Positions 9,805-20,063 are shown, counted from the stretch's first letter. The stretch: 60,921 nt of DNA from an uncultured Methanosarcinaceae archaeon (GCA_963721455.1 CAVRJG010000017.1:1-60921), one strand, 5' to 3'. Numbers and translations: made by a program. The notes: generated by a model from the sequence alone, not told the origin.

Positions 9805-12800
9805 GCTTCAGGGCCTCCTTTAATGACTTCGTTTTATAAAGGCTCTTGATCTCCTGGGGAATTTCCTCTATCCTTTCATTGTTTGCAATCTTTCCGGCTG
9901 CTTCCGAGCTTAAGAGGGCATTTCGGGTTATGTACTCTCCATCCTGAAGTTTCAGGACATGATGCAGTATATTTTCCTTATTCCTTGCATAAATTTCCCA
10001 GTAACCTCCTCCGGCTACCAGGGGATAAATGTTGTCAAGAAAACTTGATGCGGCAAAAAAGGTCAGAGCAATCTCCCAGGGTTTTGTATGTCCATGGGGA
10101 GTAAGCAGGGAATCATTAGGTTTTTTCAAAGACAGGCTCTGATTGATATCTTTACTGATCATGCTTTTCATGAGCTCAGAACGTACATATCCGGAAGTGG
10201 ATGATACAACTAAAGCAGCTTTCCCAAAAGTCCACCTTTCGGTCTCGCCGATTGAAATTTTTAAAGAATTTACTCCAAGTTTCCTACTTTCAAACAGGTC
10301 CTGATATGTTGATTTTGCGAGGTTTATGAGTTTATCAAGTTCTAATTTCCCGTTTTTGTCCATGTCAAGGCTGCCCATATCAGGACTGGCATTCGTATCA
10401 GAACTGCCTTCCACGAGAGACAGGATCTGGGGGTTGACACTTCCAAATTTGGTTTTGTATATGCCCTTTTTCGTCCGTTTTCCGGCTTCTATTTTTTTAT
10501 TGATCAGCTCAAAATGTTCATGGAAATACTCATAATGCAGATTGAAATTTTTTCGGCTTGAAAATGTTTCCGTGTTGGTGGCATCGACTTTAACAAGCAT
10601 ATCATACTGCAGCTGCTTTTCTTCTATTTCTCGGTTTATATCTTTAATGTATTTATTTAACTCTTCCATACTATTGAAGTAATTAGCAGCTTCTAAATGG
10701 AGTTCTGTCAGATTTTCTCGCAAGAACTGCCTGATTTTCACCCTGTCATCGGATGCAAATATTGTGTCAAGTTTTTCACTGGATATATTATTTGTATTTA
10801 AATCTGCAAATATAGAATTACAGATCCTTTCTCGAAGTACTTCAACTTTTTTAATTAAATCTACAGTTAAAAAGTTTTCAGGTATGATGATGTTAAAGGG
10901 TGTATCGATACGAATCGCCCAGTATTTCATATTTGATTTGATATAATCTTCTTCTTTCCCGGCATGCTCTTTATATTTTTTTATTAGTTGCTTTCTCTTC
11001 CCCAGTATAAGTGCACGCAAGCCGCCCTTTTCAACTTCTTTTACCTTATATTTATAAAAATAATAATTGGTAACGGAATTAATAAACCTGCTTAAGCTTT
11101 CAAGATCACATTCGTTCTCTTTTGAGATAGCCTCAATTTCCATTCTAATATCTTTAGTGCCAGCAGACAAAAACCAGCTATTTTTATCGTTCCCTCTAAC
11201 TTTCCCGGTACTCAGTTTCTCTATATATCGATCTAATGTTTCTTTCAATTTTTGTTCATTATCCGGGAGGTATTTGATATTCCGGTTGAGTTTTGCATAG
11301 GACTCAAGGTCAAGATCAGTATCATTTAATTTATCTTTGATCTTTTTGTCGACCTCGATAGGCAGAGAATTTAGCTCGGCCATTTTCTGCTCGGTCGGCT
11401 TCAGCTTCGTGTTCAGATTTTGGATTTCCTGACTCTTGGCGTTCAGGGCTCCAAGAAGAGGAGATATATCCTTTTTCCCTTTCAGGATATTAATCATTAC
11501 AGACCTGCAATCTTCATTCTCAACCGCTGCAACCCGCTTGAATAAATTTGCATTTTTTTCCAGAGTCTCAAGAGCTTCTGGAATCAAACGGAATAATTTT
11601 TTATCGATCTCATCTTTGAGTTTCTCTTGAGCAACGCCTTGAGCAAAATTATTAACTCGTGAAATATAGGATGTCAGGTCATTATAGGTTCCAATCTTTT
11701 CAAATTGAATCTCTGAAATGTTATATTTAATAAATTCCTCTATTTGTTCCACGCTGTGATAATTAAGCAGTTTTGCGATGTTGTTTGTCCACACTTTTTC
11801 AATATTTCTATACTCAGTTTTTATGAACTCAAAGACTTCCATCGTTGGAGTGGATTCTCCACTGATGTTGAACTTAATAAGGAGGCCTTCGATAATCTCG
11901 TTTACATTTTTCCTGACAGCATCAATTTCTCCCAGTTCATGAATAATCTGGCTGTACTGCTCCTTTAATTCCCTGAGCTCTTCTACGGGGTATTCGATTA
12001 CATGCGAATCGGCAAAAATAAAAGAAGAATAGGATTTTCTTGCGTCACTAAGGTTAAGATCACTTCTCTCTATATGGAAGAAGTTAGTGAGAATCTGCGG
12101 GAAGACAGAATCAAATTCATCTACTTCTTCGAGCTCATACTGTCCGTTGGTATACTCCGTGGGACCCAGAGATGTAAATATTACATGATCGAAAAGTCTC
12201 TCATCGTGAGACACGTTTAAGTATTCAAGCTCTGTAAGGGAAATGGCAGCATTAAGCTGTTCTTTTTCTCCTTCTTTTGTCGTTGGAAGTACTACAAAGA
12301 GATAGACTGCATCATCTCGTTTTTCCTTGATATATCTTGCAAGGTCTATGAACATGCCTGAGCCAGTACCTCCCCCGATCCCGACTATGATGGCAGTGAC
12401 TCCCGGATTCGAAAAGGTAGGGAACCCATTTGCTTGCCCTTCACTCAAAACTTTATACAGAATAGCTTTTGAAACCGCTCTTCTGCGATGCACACCACCC
12501 CCGAAATCATCCATGATGAAGTGATCAATACGTTTCAGGTCCTGAAAAGTAACTCCATCGTTTTCGGGATCATTCAACCACCACGTTTTGATCGAGCGGG
12601 ATCTTTTTATGCTTGCTGAAACTTCAGCGCTGGTTAAATCGGATACATGTGTAATATTTGCAAGGTTTGGTAGATAGTAGGACTTAAATTCGATGTTTCC
12701 CGCTCCCTCCAGATTATCTACTTTCTCCATGATTTTTGTTTCCCACCGCTGATCCTCTGCAGATTCATTGGCGTCCGTATCCATCGTATAAATCTTAAGC

Positions 12801-12946
12801 CTGTTCACATCATTGGAGTAGTAGTGGAGTAGCCAATCGTAATCGCATATTTCACGAGCAAGTTTTTTTCCGCATCCTCCCAAACCCACAATTGTTAGGT
12901 TTGGAGGGTACTTAAAAGATTGACTCGAGTCATCTACCCTTTTCAT
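9791..12946 (-). CDS. FtsZ/tubulin-superfamily protein (Tubulin_2/FtsZl1-like) with a long helical/coiled-coil insert
   Basis: IVGLGGCG (T1), MDTD (T2), GIGGGTGSG (tubulin signature), VLPTTKEG, DLNLSD (T7-like); residues ~320-830 are K/E/N-rich and helical. Confidence 0.88.
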   Translation of the reverse strand: MKRVDDSSQSFKYPPNLTIVGLGGCGKKLAREICDYDWLLHYYSNDVNRLKIYTMDTDANESAEDQRWETKIMEKVDNLEGAGNIEFKSYYLPNLANITHVSDLTSAEVSASIKRSRSIKTWWLNDPENDGVTFQDLKRIDHFIMDDFGGGVHRRRAVSKAILYKVLSEGQANGFPTFSNPGVTAIIVGIGGGTGSGMFIDLARYIKEKRDDAVYLFVVLPTTKEGEKEQLNAAISLTELEYLNVSHDERLFDHVIFTSLGPTEYTNGQYELEEVDEFDSVFPQILTNFFHIERSDLNLSDARKSYSSFIFADSHVIEYPVEELRELKEQYSQIIHELGEIDAVRKNVNEIIEGLLIKFNISGESTPTMEVFEFIKTEYRNIEKVWTNNIAKLLNYHSVEQIEEFIKYNISEIQFEKIGTYNDLTSYISRVNNFAQGVAQEKLKDEIDKKLFRLIPEALETLEKNANLFKRVAAVENEDCRSVMINILKGKKDISPLLGALNAKSQEIQNLNTKLKPTEQKMAELNSLPIEVDKKIKDKLNDTDLDLESYAKLNRNIKYLPDNEQKLKETLDRYIEKLSTGKVRGNDKNSWFLSAGTKDIRMEIEAISKENECDLESLSRFINSVTNYYFYKYKVKEVEKGGLRALILGKRKQLIKKYKEHAGKEEDYIKSNMKYWAIRIDTPFNIIIPENFLTVDLIKKVEVLRERICNSIFADLNTNNISSEKLDTIFASDDRVKIRQFLRENLTELHLEAANYFNSMEELNKYIKDINREIEEKQLQYDMLVKVDATNTETFSSRKNFNLHYEYFHEHFELINKKIEAGKRTKKGIYKTKFGSVNPQILSLVEGSSDTNASPDMGSLDMDKNGKLELDKLINLAKSTYQDLFESRKLGVNSLKISIGETERWTFGKAALVVSSTSGYVRSELMKSMISKDINQSLSLKKPNDSLLTPHGHTKPWEIALTFFAASSFLDNIYPLVAGGGYWEIYARNKENILHHVLKLQDGEYITRNALLSSEAAGKIANNERIEEIPQEIKSLYKTKSLKEALKLENK

Positions 12947-13674
12947 TCGGTATCTTCTCCTGCATCGATGTCATCCTTAGAATTGAACCTCACACCAATT
13001 AAAAAACCGACCATAAGGCCTAGAATTGTGCCTGGAATAAGCCACCAGTATGAAGGCCATTTATCATTTTCAGTCAAATGATCAGCAAGTGTTTTTGACT
13101 CCTTAACAAGCCCTTTATCATGCAGGTCCTGCAGATATTTTTTGAAAAAAGGATCATCGATTTCATTAATCTGTTCTCGGAATGATTCAACTTCAGGTAT
13201 TGAAATTTCGAAGGGACGTGTTTCCACGCTTTCGATCAGATTTCCTTTACTGTTTGTAAGTGTTATTCTGTCATAAGCGTAGCCCGTACTTTGTTTATAT
13301 GTTACAAGTGTTACTCCATCATACTGTTTCTTATTGGTAATTTGTGGGATTTGTCCATTAATAGTAACAATAATTGACGTTGCGCTTTCATTAACTGGAA
13401 AATCAAATTTGTTAGCATCACTTGTAAAGTTCAAATTTGTGAAATTATATAAATGGGAATCATCAACTTTAACCAGATCAGTGTCAAAAGAGATATAATC
13501 TGCAGCTGGTGGGATATTATTTATTGTTAATGTGTAACTTATTACCTGTCCCTCTAAAACTTTGTCTTGTGTTTGACCATTGATCTCAATGTTTGTTGCT
13601 GATGCCGTACTTGCAAGAAGTAAAAGTAAGAACAGTGATAAAAATAAGTAGTTTACACCCTTGAATGATTTCAT
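12943..13674 (-). CDS. Secreted/surface protein with C-terminal membrane anchor
   Basis: MKSFKGVNYLFLSLFLLLLLASTASA signal peptide, beta-rich body, C-terminal WWLIPGTILGLMVGFLIGVRF; stop overlaps the ATG of the tubulin-like gene (ATGA). Confidence 0.8.
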   Translation of the reverse strand: MKSFKGVNYLFLSLFLLLLLASTASATNIEINGQTQDKVLEGQVISYTLTINNIPPAADYISFDTDLVKVDDSHLYNFTNLNFTSDANKFDFPVNESATSIIVTINGQIPQITNKKQYDGVTLVTYKQSTGYAYDRITLTNSKGNLIESVETRPFEISIPEVESFREQINEIDDPFFKKYLQDLHDKGLVKESKTLADHLTENDKWPSYWWLIPGTILGLMVGFLIGVRFNSKDDIDAGEDTE

Positions 13675-13934
13675 TTTTTTATTACACCACCGCTTTAACA
13701 TTATTTAACGATACCCTCTTTGTTAAATAGTTTATACTACAGGATGATTTTTTAATTAAACAGCTATTTAATACCATTTAACTATACCATTATTCATTTA
13801 TTCATTTATAGTCGACGTAGAAAATATTTACACATATAAACAAGAACGACAACTGTAATTTAAACATTTAGAAGTATAGTTAATTTTTGAGTTGAATAAA
13901 ATTTCTCAGTTGGTCATAATTCAAGCGAAAAGAT

Positions 13935-14007
13935 AAACCACTGAAAGCACGGAAAACACGGACTGAAGGAAACACGGGCACAGAGATTTCCGTACTCTCC
14001 GTGGTTA
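13935..14007. repeat. REP-like palindromic element (AACCAC..CACGG units ... CCGTGGTT)
   Basis: Repeated CACGG units followed by their complements TTCCGT/CTCCGTGGTT. Confidence 0.5.
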
Positions 14008-14480
14008 TAGAGTCTGGATTGAGTTTTTCTATGCCCATCGGTGTTTTTGATTATAGAGTTAGAATTATAGTGTTTAACAGTGTATTTAATTTGTGTGTTG
14101 ACTATAAATAGTTTACACTATTGAAGGACTTTTTACTACCCCACTGCTTTAACATTATTTAACTATACCATCATTAATTTGTATTGGATTTCACCCGACA
14201 TTCCGCAGACGTTCTCAAGAAAATAACATTTTTCTGACTATCTTTTTTGGCATTACTCAAAAATCCGTAATTATCTTTATCTCATAGGGTCTTCAAAAAA
14301 TTCATCAAAAATTTTTATGTTTCTTACAGATACATTTTTTGCGTTTAATTAACAGGTGAGATTTTGCAGGCTTCGTTTGCACCAGAAACTCGAGTTGAAG
14401 CCAGAGTTTCGCTTCAGTTGTGGCTTAAACAAAGTGTTGAACTATTCACTTTAAATGAAAAAACAATAAATTGATCTTAC

Positions 14481-15176
14481 ATGAAAATCCACGTCCTCCA
14501 GCACTCCTCTATAAACACCCTCGGCACTATCGAAGAATACGCAAAAATTAAAAACTACCCGCTTGAGTCAACCCGCTTTTACGAAACCGAAACTCCTCCA
14601 AAACTTGATTCTTTTGACCTTCTTATCATCATGGGCGGTCCGATAGGAGTTTATGATTATAAAGAAAATCCCTGGCTCAGAGACGAAAAAGAGTTTATCA
14701 AACAGGCAATAATGGAAGGAAAACCAGTTCTCGGAATCTGCCTTGGAGCTCAGTTGCTTGCCGACGTCCTGGGCTCCCGCGTTTATGAAAATAAGTACAT
14801 GGAAATGGGCTGGTTCCCTATTCGGGCAACAGCAGATGAGAATAAACCAGACTTTCTTAAAGGGCTGCCGGAAGAGATTACAGTTTTTCACTGGCATGGC
14901 GGGACTTTTGACCTGCCTGCCGGCGCTGTTCACCTTTTTGAAAGCGAAGGATGCAAAAATCAGGGTTTCATTTATGACGGCAGGGTTGTGGCTCTGCAAT
15001 TTCACCCTGAAGTAAATGAAGAGAGAATCAAATCCTTTATAACGCGATTTGGGGATGGAATGGTAGATGGGCCGTTTGTCCAGAAGGAAAAGGAGATGCT
15101 GGAGCAGAGAAAACATCTGGCTGGAACAAAGGAATTTATGTTTTTGATTCTGGAAAAATTTGGGAAACTGATTTAA
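14481..15176 (+). CDS. Type 1 glutamine amidotransferase (GMP synthase-like)
   Basis: IIMGGP, LGICLGAQL (catalytic Cys), FHWHG and LQFHPE (His-Glu). Confidence 0.9.
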   Translation: MKIHVLQHSSINTLGTIEEYAKIKNYPLESTRFYETETPPKLDSFDLLIIMGGPIGVYDYKENPWLRDEKEFIKQAIMEGKPVLGICLGAQLLADVLGSRVYENKYMEMGWFPIRATADENKPDFLKGLPEEITVFHWHGGTFDLPAGAVHLFESEGCKNQGFIYDGRVVALQFHPEVNEERIKSFITRFGDGMVDGPFVQKEKEMLEQRKHLAGTKEFMFLILEKFGKLI

Positions 15177-15207
15177 GTTAAGAAAATTTCAACCTGCGAA
15201 TGTTCTT

Positions 15208-17802
15208 TTATTCTTTTGAGAAAATCCCTTTCATTCCTCCTGAGATCAGGGTTGCTATGTCTTTTAAGGCAAGGCCCTGCTTAAGCCCTTTGGGGAGGGC
15301 AATATATTTCGGACTCCATACAGGATTGAATTTCTCCTTAAAGTCCCGGAGTCCTTTGTAATTATAAAAATGTTCTCCGTGGGTAAAGATTAACGACCCT
15401 ATTTTATTCCACATAGGGGCAAACTGCCTCTTTTCAAACCCTGAGAGGGGAGCCATCCCGAGGGAAAAACGCCTGTATCCGTTTTCTTTTCCCCAGATCA
15501 TGAGCTTGACAAAAAGGTATTCCATTGTCCTGTCCGGGGCATCTGGACTGTGGCGCATCAGGTCAACACTGATTTCTTCCTTTTCTGCACCTATCCAGAT
15601 GTTTGCAAAGGCAACAATTTCGGTTTCATTCCTGACAATGGCAACCGGGAAATTACTCAGATATTTCTCGTCAAAAAAGCCCACCGAAAATCTCTTTTCC
15701 TTTCCGGCTTTCATTTCCAGCCACGCATCCGAGACCTTTTTAAGCTCAGGCATGAGGCCGGGGACTCCCTCTGGAGGGATTATCTCAAACTGATATCCCT
15801 TTTTTTCTACATTCTTTACTGTATATCGGAAGTCTTTGCTTGCACTTCCTTCCAGGGTGAAAGAATCGAGTGGCACCTTTGCTTCCTCCCCTATTTTGAT
15901 CAGGGTCAGGCCGAGGTCAAGAAAAACGGGAATGCATCTTTCGCCCACTTCATAAAAAGCGGCTCTTCCCTGATGTAATTTACTCATTTCATAAAAATCC
16001 CAGATTAGCTCTTTTGCCTGATCGCTGGTCCCGACAATATCTCCCATTGAAATCCAGGTCCTTCCGGAAACCCCGTACATTAAAAAAGCCTTTTTTTCAT
16101 CGTCAAAAAGCAGATATTTGTCTCCGGTAAATACCAGATTTCCCCAGGTTTCCTGACTTTGATTGATAATCGTTTTTGCAAGCTCCGTCTCCTCTTTTTC
16201 GGGAAGGTGAATGTCCATGGAAAAGGGGCTCAGCATCTTCGCGATCCCGAAAACAAGAAGTAAGAAGAAAACTCCAACTGTAGCCCTTAAAAAGCTGGAT
16301 GCCTGGGAATTAATCCCGAATTGCCACCAGAGTTCGTTTGAATACTCTACGTGCCTGTATGAAAAAAACCCGAGCCATACGAAGCTTACAAGCACCAGAG
16401 CTATAGCAATAATATTCTCCCTGCTAAAAGACTGGTGCAAAAGCGAGGATTTTCGGTAAAAATATTTCCTGCACGGAAGTAAAAAGACGAACAGGATAAA
16501 AAGAACAACTGCCTCATGATAATCAAAGTCTTTCAGGAAGGCAAAAAGCCCGCCCATAGAAAGGACAGCAAGGGAGAGCACATAAGCCCCATCGATCCTT
16601 TTCCAGAGTCCATTTGCCAGGAGCAGGAGTAATATGCCCATTATGCTGCCAAAAAACCTGGATGCTTCGATAAGGGGAAGGGGAACAATGTAAGTGATAT
16701 CATGCAAATATTTCGGGTTTGAAGGCAGGGCTCCGGAAAAAAGGAGGGAGATACCTCCAAAAAAGATCAGAATTGAAAAAATCTGGGGCGTTAGCTCTGA
16801 TAGGCCTGAATATGTAGCTTTCCCAATTTTTTCCAGGAATTTTTTTCTCTCTTCAAATTCATATATTATAAGGGCCAGGAACCCAAACAGGAACGGAATA
16901 AAATAGTAAACTGCCCTGAAGAGCAAAAGAGGTCTTATTATATCAACCGTATCGAAGTAAGGCTCCAGCATAAATAACATCAGGGTCTCAAAAACCCCGA
17001 GCCCGCCTGGGACAGTACTTATCAGCCCTATGACCTGCGCCAGTGCAAAGAACACAAGTACATGAAGCAGGGTAAGCTGTGGATTTGAGGGCAGAAGGAA
17101 ATAGATTATGCTCCCTGAAAGCAGATAGTCTACCGAGGATAAGGCAAGCTGTAAGAACGCGACTTTTGGTTCAGGGACTCTGATCTGGTATTCTTTTATC
17201 TTAAGACTTTGCTTCCTGAATGAAAAAAAGAAATAAGCAGCAAGAAACAGCAGTAACAGAATTCCAATTATATTTAACGGAACAGGAATCTCAGGCATGT
17301 AAATTGGCAATTTAACCGGATAAAATATGAAAAGCAAGCCTGCAACAAAACAAAAGCCGATCCAGAAGGTAAAAATGCAAAAAATTATAATTTCCCAGAT
17401 ATGGGCAAATGTCAGCCCGTACCTTGAATACAGCCTGTAACGGAGAGAGCTTCCGGTTAAAAAGTTAAAACCTATACTGTAACTGATGGATGTGCTGATA
17501 AAAGAAATCCAGGCAGTCCGTTTATAAGGCATTGAATTGTTTATATGGCGGACTGCAAGGTAATCGTAACCTGTCAAAGCAAGATAGCTTAAGAAAGTTA
17601 AAAAGAATGCAAGCTCTATATGGCTCAGGGGAACGCTTGCAATACTTCTTATAATATATATCGAGTGTAAATGGTGTATCTGTTTATCCAGGGTCCATAG
17701 AGCCAGGGAGAATATAATAACTGGTAAGAGATAACTGAGAAGGCTCTTTAATTTAGGGATTTTTTCCTTTATACTTCCTTTAGCCATCATCGAGACCAGC
17801 AT
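15208..17802 (-). CDS. mprF: Bifunctional aminoacyl-phosphatidylglycerol synthase/flippase MprF
   Basis: Many TM helices with PGGLGVFE, then a synthase domain with KIGEEA, EKRFSVG, DLMRH, SLGMAPLSG and YNYKGLRDFKEKFNP; true start may be a few codons downstream. Confidence 0.93.
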   Translation of the reverse strand: MLVSMMAKGSIKEKIPKLKSLLSYLLPVIIFSLALWTLDKQIHHLHSIYIIRSIASVPLSHIELAFFLTFLSYLALTGYDYLAVRHINNSMPYKRTAWISFISTSISYSIGFNFLTGSSLRYRLYSRYGLTFAHIWEIIIFCIFTFWIGFCFVAGLLFIFYPVKLPIYMPEIPVPLNIIGILLLLFLAAYFFFSFRKQSLKIKEYQIRVPEPKVAFLQLALSSVDYLLSGSIIYFLLPSNPQLTLLHVLVFFALAQVIGLISTVPGGLGVFETLMLFMLEPYFDTVDIIRPLLLFRAVYYFIPFLFGFLALIIYEFEERKKFLEKIGKATYSGLSELTPQIFSILIFFGGISLLFSGALPSNPKYLHDITYIVPLPLIEASRFFGSIMGILLLLLANGLWKRIDGAYVLSLAVLSMGGLFAFLKDFDYHEAVVLFILFVFLLPCRKYFYRKSSLLHQSFSRENIIAIALVLVSFVWLGFFSYRHVEYSNELWWQFGINSQASSFLRATVGVFFLLLVFGIAKMLSPFSMDIHLPEKEETELAKTIINQSQETWGNLVFTGDKYLLFDDEKKAFLMYGVSGRTWISMGDIVGTSDQAKELIWDFYEMSKLHQGRAAFYEVGERCIPVFLDLGLTLIKIGEEAKVPLDSFTLEGSASKDFRYTVKNVEKKGYQFEIIPPEGVPGLMPELKKVSDAWLEMKAGKEKRFSVGFFDEKYLSNFPVAIVRNETEIVAFANIWIGAEKEEISVDLMRHSPDAPDRTMEYLFVKLMIWGKENGYRRFSLGMAPLSGFEKRQFAPMWNKIGSLIFTHGEHFYNYKGLRDFKEKFNPVWSPKYIALPKGLKQGLALKDIATLISGGMKGIFSKE

Positions 17803-18363
17803 TTTCTCATATTTTATCCTTTTTTTTAATAATTTGTTCTAACAGAGTAAATTATTCTTTCAGGATATATATACATCTTGGCACCCAAATCCAGAATAAT
17901 CTTCAGGAATGCCCATTTTTTGAGTTACATACCCCTGTATTTTGTGTTCTTTTTAAATTTCAGGTGCTAAATCCCCTTTTCCCCTCTTTCTTTAAATATA
18001 AAGACATATTATATTCTTTTCTGCAGAATTCCTCCCAGAAAACAGATTTTCTTTTCGTATCTTGCTTCAAAATTTACCGGATGATTACCCTAAAAGATAC
18101 GGTCAAATACTGAAATTCCGTAATAATTACAGAAACGGGAGTGAATTTAGTTCAAATATTCACATTTGAAACTATAGAAGTATGTAAAAAGAGCAAAGAA
18201 CTGCAATAATGAACTGCCAGTTTCCGTTTAAGATATGAAGTTCATTGCAGGAGTATGGAGGGGCAGGAATGTCCCTTCCTTAAAGCCAGGGGCTCAGGAG
18301 GAGGGATTTCACGAGACATCTCTTTTTTCAGCAGGCATGAAAGTAACAAGCCTGGAACTTTCC

Positions 18364-19779
18364 TCATTCCCTGTCTTTCCGCTTGTTTCTGGGTACTGAC
18401 CCTATATACTTCATGTCCGTTGATTGCTTATTCCCCGTATTTCCACTCCTGAGGAACTTGAATTCCTTCGAAAGCATAACAAGGACCACCAGCAGCATGA
18501 TATACTCCGTGACCGGCGACGCAGACCAGACCCCGTCCAGGCCGAAGAAAACTGGCAGGATAAAGAGCAGAGGAAAGAGAAAAACAAAAACCTTTCCCAG
18601 CTGAATAAAAAGTGCTGCCCTGACCCTGTTTACTGACTGGTAATAGACAGCAGTGAGGAGCACGATACCTTCAACGAGCAAAGAGAACATGAAAAAATTC
18701 ATTCCTCGCAGCGTAACTTCCAGAAGTTCGGAGTCATCCTGGCTGAAGATCTGCACCACTCTCTCCGGGAAGAAGTAGATTAACAGAAATCCGGAAGCTC
18801 CGATGAGGATACACGAAAGTATTGTCAGTTTCAGAGTCTTCGAAACCCTGTCATAGCATCCAGCCCCGTAATTGAAGCCTATTATCGGCTGCACTCCCAT
18901 GGCTATTCCTTCGAAGAGCATATAGAAAATTGAAAAGACATATCCTATGATGCCGTAGGCTGAGACCGCAAGCTCGGAACCGTACCTGAGCAGCATGTAA
19001 TTGTGCGCAAAAAGCACGAGAGCCAGTGAAAACTGCATTACGAAAGACGGAAGGCCGGCCCTAAGGATCTGGAGCAGGGTTCCGATTTTGAATTTCATGG
19101 CTTTAAGCCGGAGTTTCAATTTTGCCTCACTGCCAAAAAGATAGTGCACAAGCAGCACTGCAGGGAGAGCAAAGGAGATTATTGTCGCAGTGGCGGCACC
19201 TGACATTCCCATGCCCATACGCATGACAAAAAGATAGTCAAGCACGACATTTACAACTACTCCTGCAATCATGATGTTCATGCAGAGCTTCGGCTTCCCG
19301 TCATTCCTGACCAGGGGGTCAAGGGCAATTGTAAGAATCATGAAGATCGAACCCATGAAAATGACCCTGAGGTACTCGCGGGCAAAGGTAAGGGCAGGGC
19401 CGCTGGCTCCAAGGAGACTGATTGAGGTTCCGCAAAAAACCAGCCCGCCTGCAGTAAAAATAGCTCCTGCAAGAAGACATAAGGGAAAAGCGTTGTGCAC
19501 AATATCCAGGGCTCCCTTTTTATTCCCTTTTCCAAGTTCAAGGGCTGTTAGACTGGACGCGCCGATCCCGATAATTACGCCCACTCCGATTATAACCAGA
19601 TAAGGAGGATAAGCAAGGGTAACTCCTGCAAGCCCCTGGCTTCCGAGAGCATTTCCTATGAAAAAGCCGTCGATAATTCCCTGGATTCCTGCAATGACAA
19701 CTCCTACAACTGCCGGGAGTGCAAATTTCCAGAACAGATTCACAATATTCCCGGACCTCATCTCTTCATCACTTACCAT
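18364..19779 (-). CDS. MATE family efflux transporter
   Basis: FALPAVVG...IIDGFFIG, NVVLDYLF, GMSGAATAT and QPIIGFNYGAG; ~12 TM. Confidence 0.92.
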   Translation of the reverse strand: MVSDEEMRSGNIVNLFWKFALPAVVGVVIAGIQGIIDGFFIGNALGSQGLAGVTLAYPPYLVIIGVGVIIGIGASSLTALELGKGNKKGALDIVHNAFPLCLLAGAIFTAGGLVFCGTSISLLGASGPALTFAREYLRVIFMGSIFMILTIALDPLVRNDGKPKLCMNIMIAGVVVNVVLDYLFVMRMGMGMSGAATATIISFALPAVLLVHYLFGSEAKLKLRLKAMKFKIGTLLQILRAGLPSFVMQFSLALVLFAHNYMLLRYGSELAVSAYGIIGYVFSIFYMLFEGIAMGVQPIIGFNYGAGCYDRVSKTLKLTILSCILIGASGFLLIYFFPERVVQIFSQDDSELLEVTLRGMNFFMFSLLVEGIVLLTAVYYQSVNRVRAALFIQLGKVFVFLFPLLFILPVFFGLDGVWSASPVTEYIMLLVVLVMLSKEFKFLRSGNTGNKQSTDMKYIGSVPRNKRKDRE

Positions 19780-20063
19780 GCCAGGCCCTCCATACGCTGC
19801 AAAACAATTTTTCCGGAGGCCGGCAACAGGTTTTCCAATTCATTCCTGTATAAGAAATCCGGAATTTTTTCTTTGAAGAGCTTGTAAGCCTGTTTTTCAA
19901 GTTCCGAAGCTATTTTAGAGGTTTTCAGGCGAAAGGACCTCTTCAATGAGAGACAGGTAAGATTATATTCTTTTGAAGGCTCGTGTTCCTTTAAGGATTT
20001 ATATACTTTTAAGAGATTGAGACAACACTGTTCAATCTTATTAAATAATTCAAATAAAGTCAT
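19773..20063 (-). CDS. Hypothetical protein
   Basis: 96-aa ATG ORF overlapping the MATE start; no recognisable motif. Confidence 0.3.
   Translation of the reverse strand: MTLFELFNKIEQCCLNLLKVYKSLKEHEPSKEYNLTCLSLKRSFRLKTSKIASELEKQAYKLFKEKIPDFLYRNELENLLPASGKIVLQRMEGLAW

Noticed and set aside
9791-12946. Calling the gene ftsZ or cetZ
   Set aside because: Far too long, lacks the canonical GAG/NxDFAD motifs and is not in a division context
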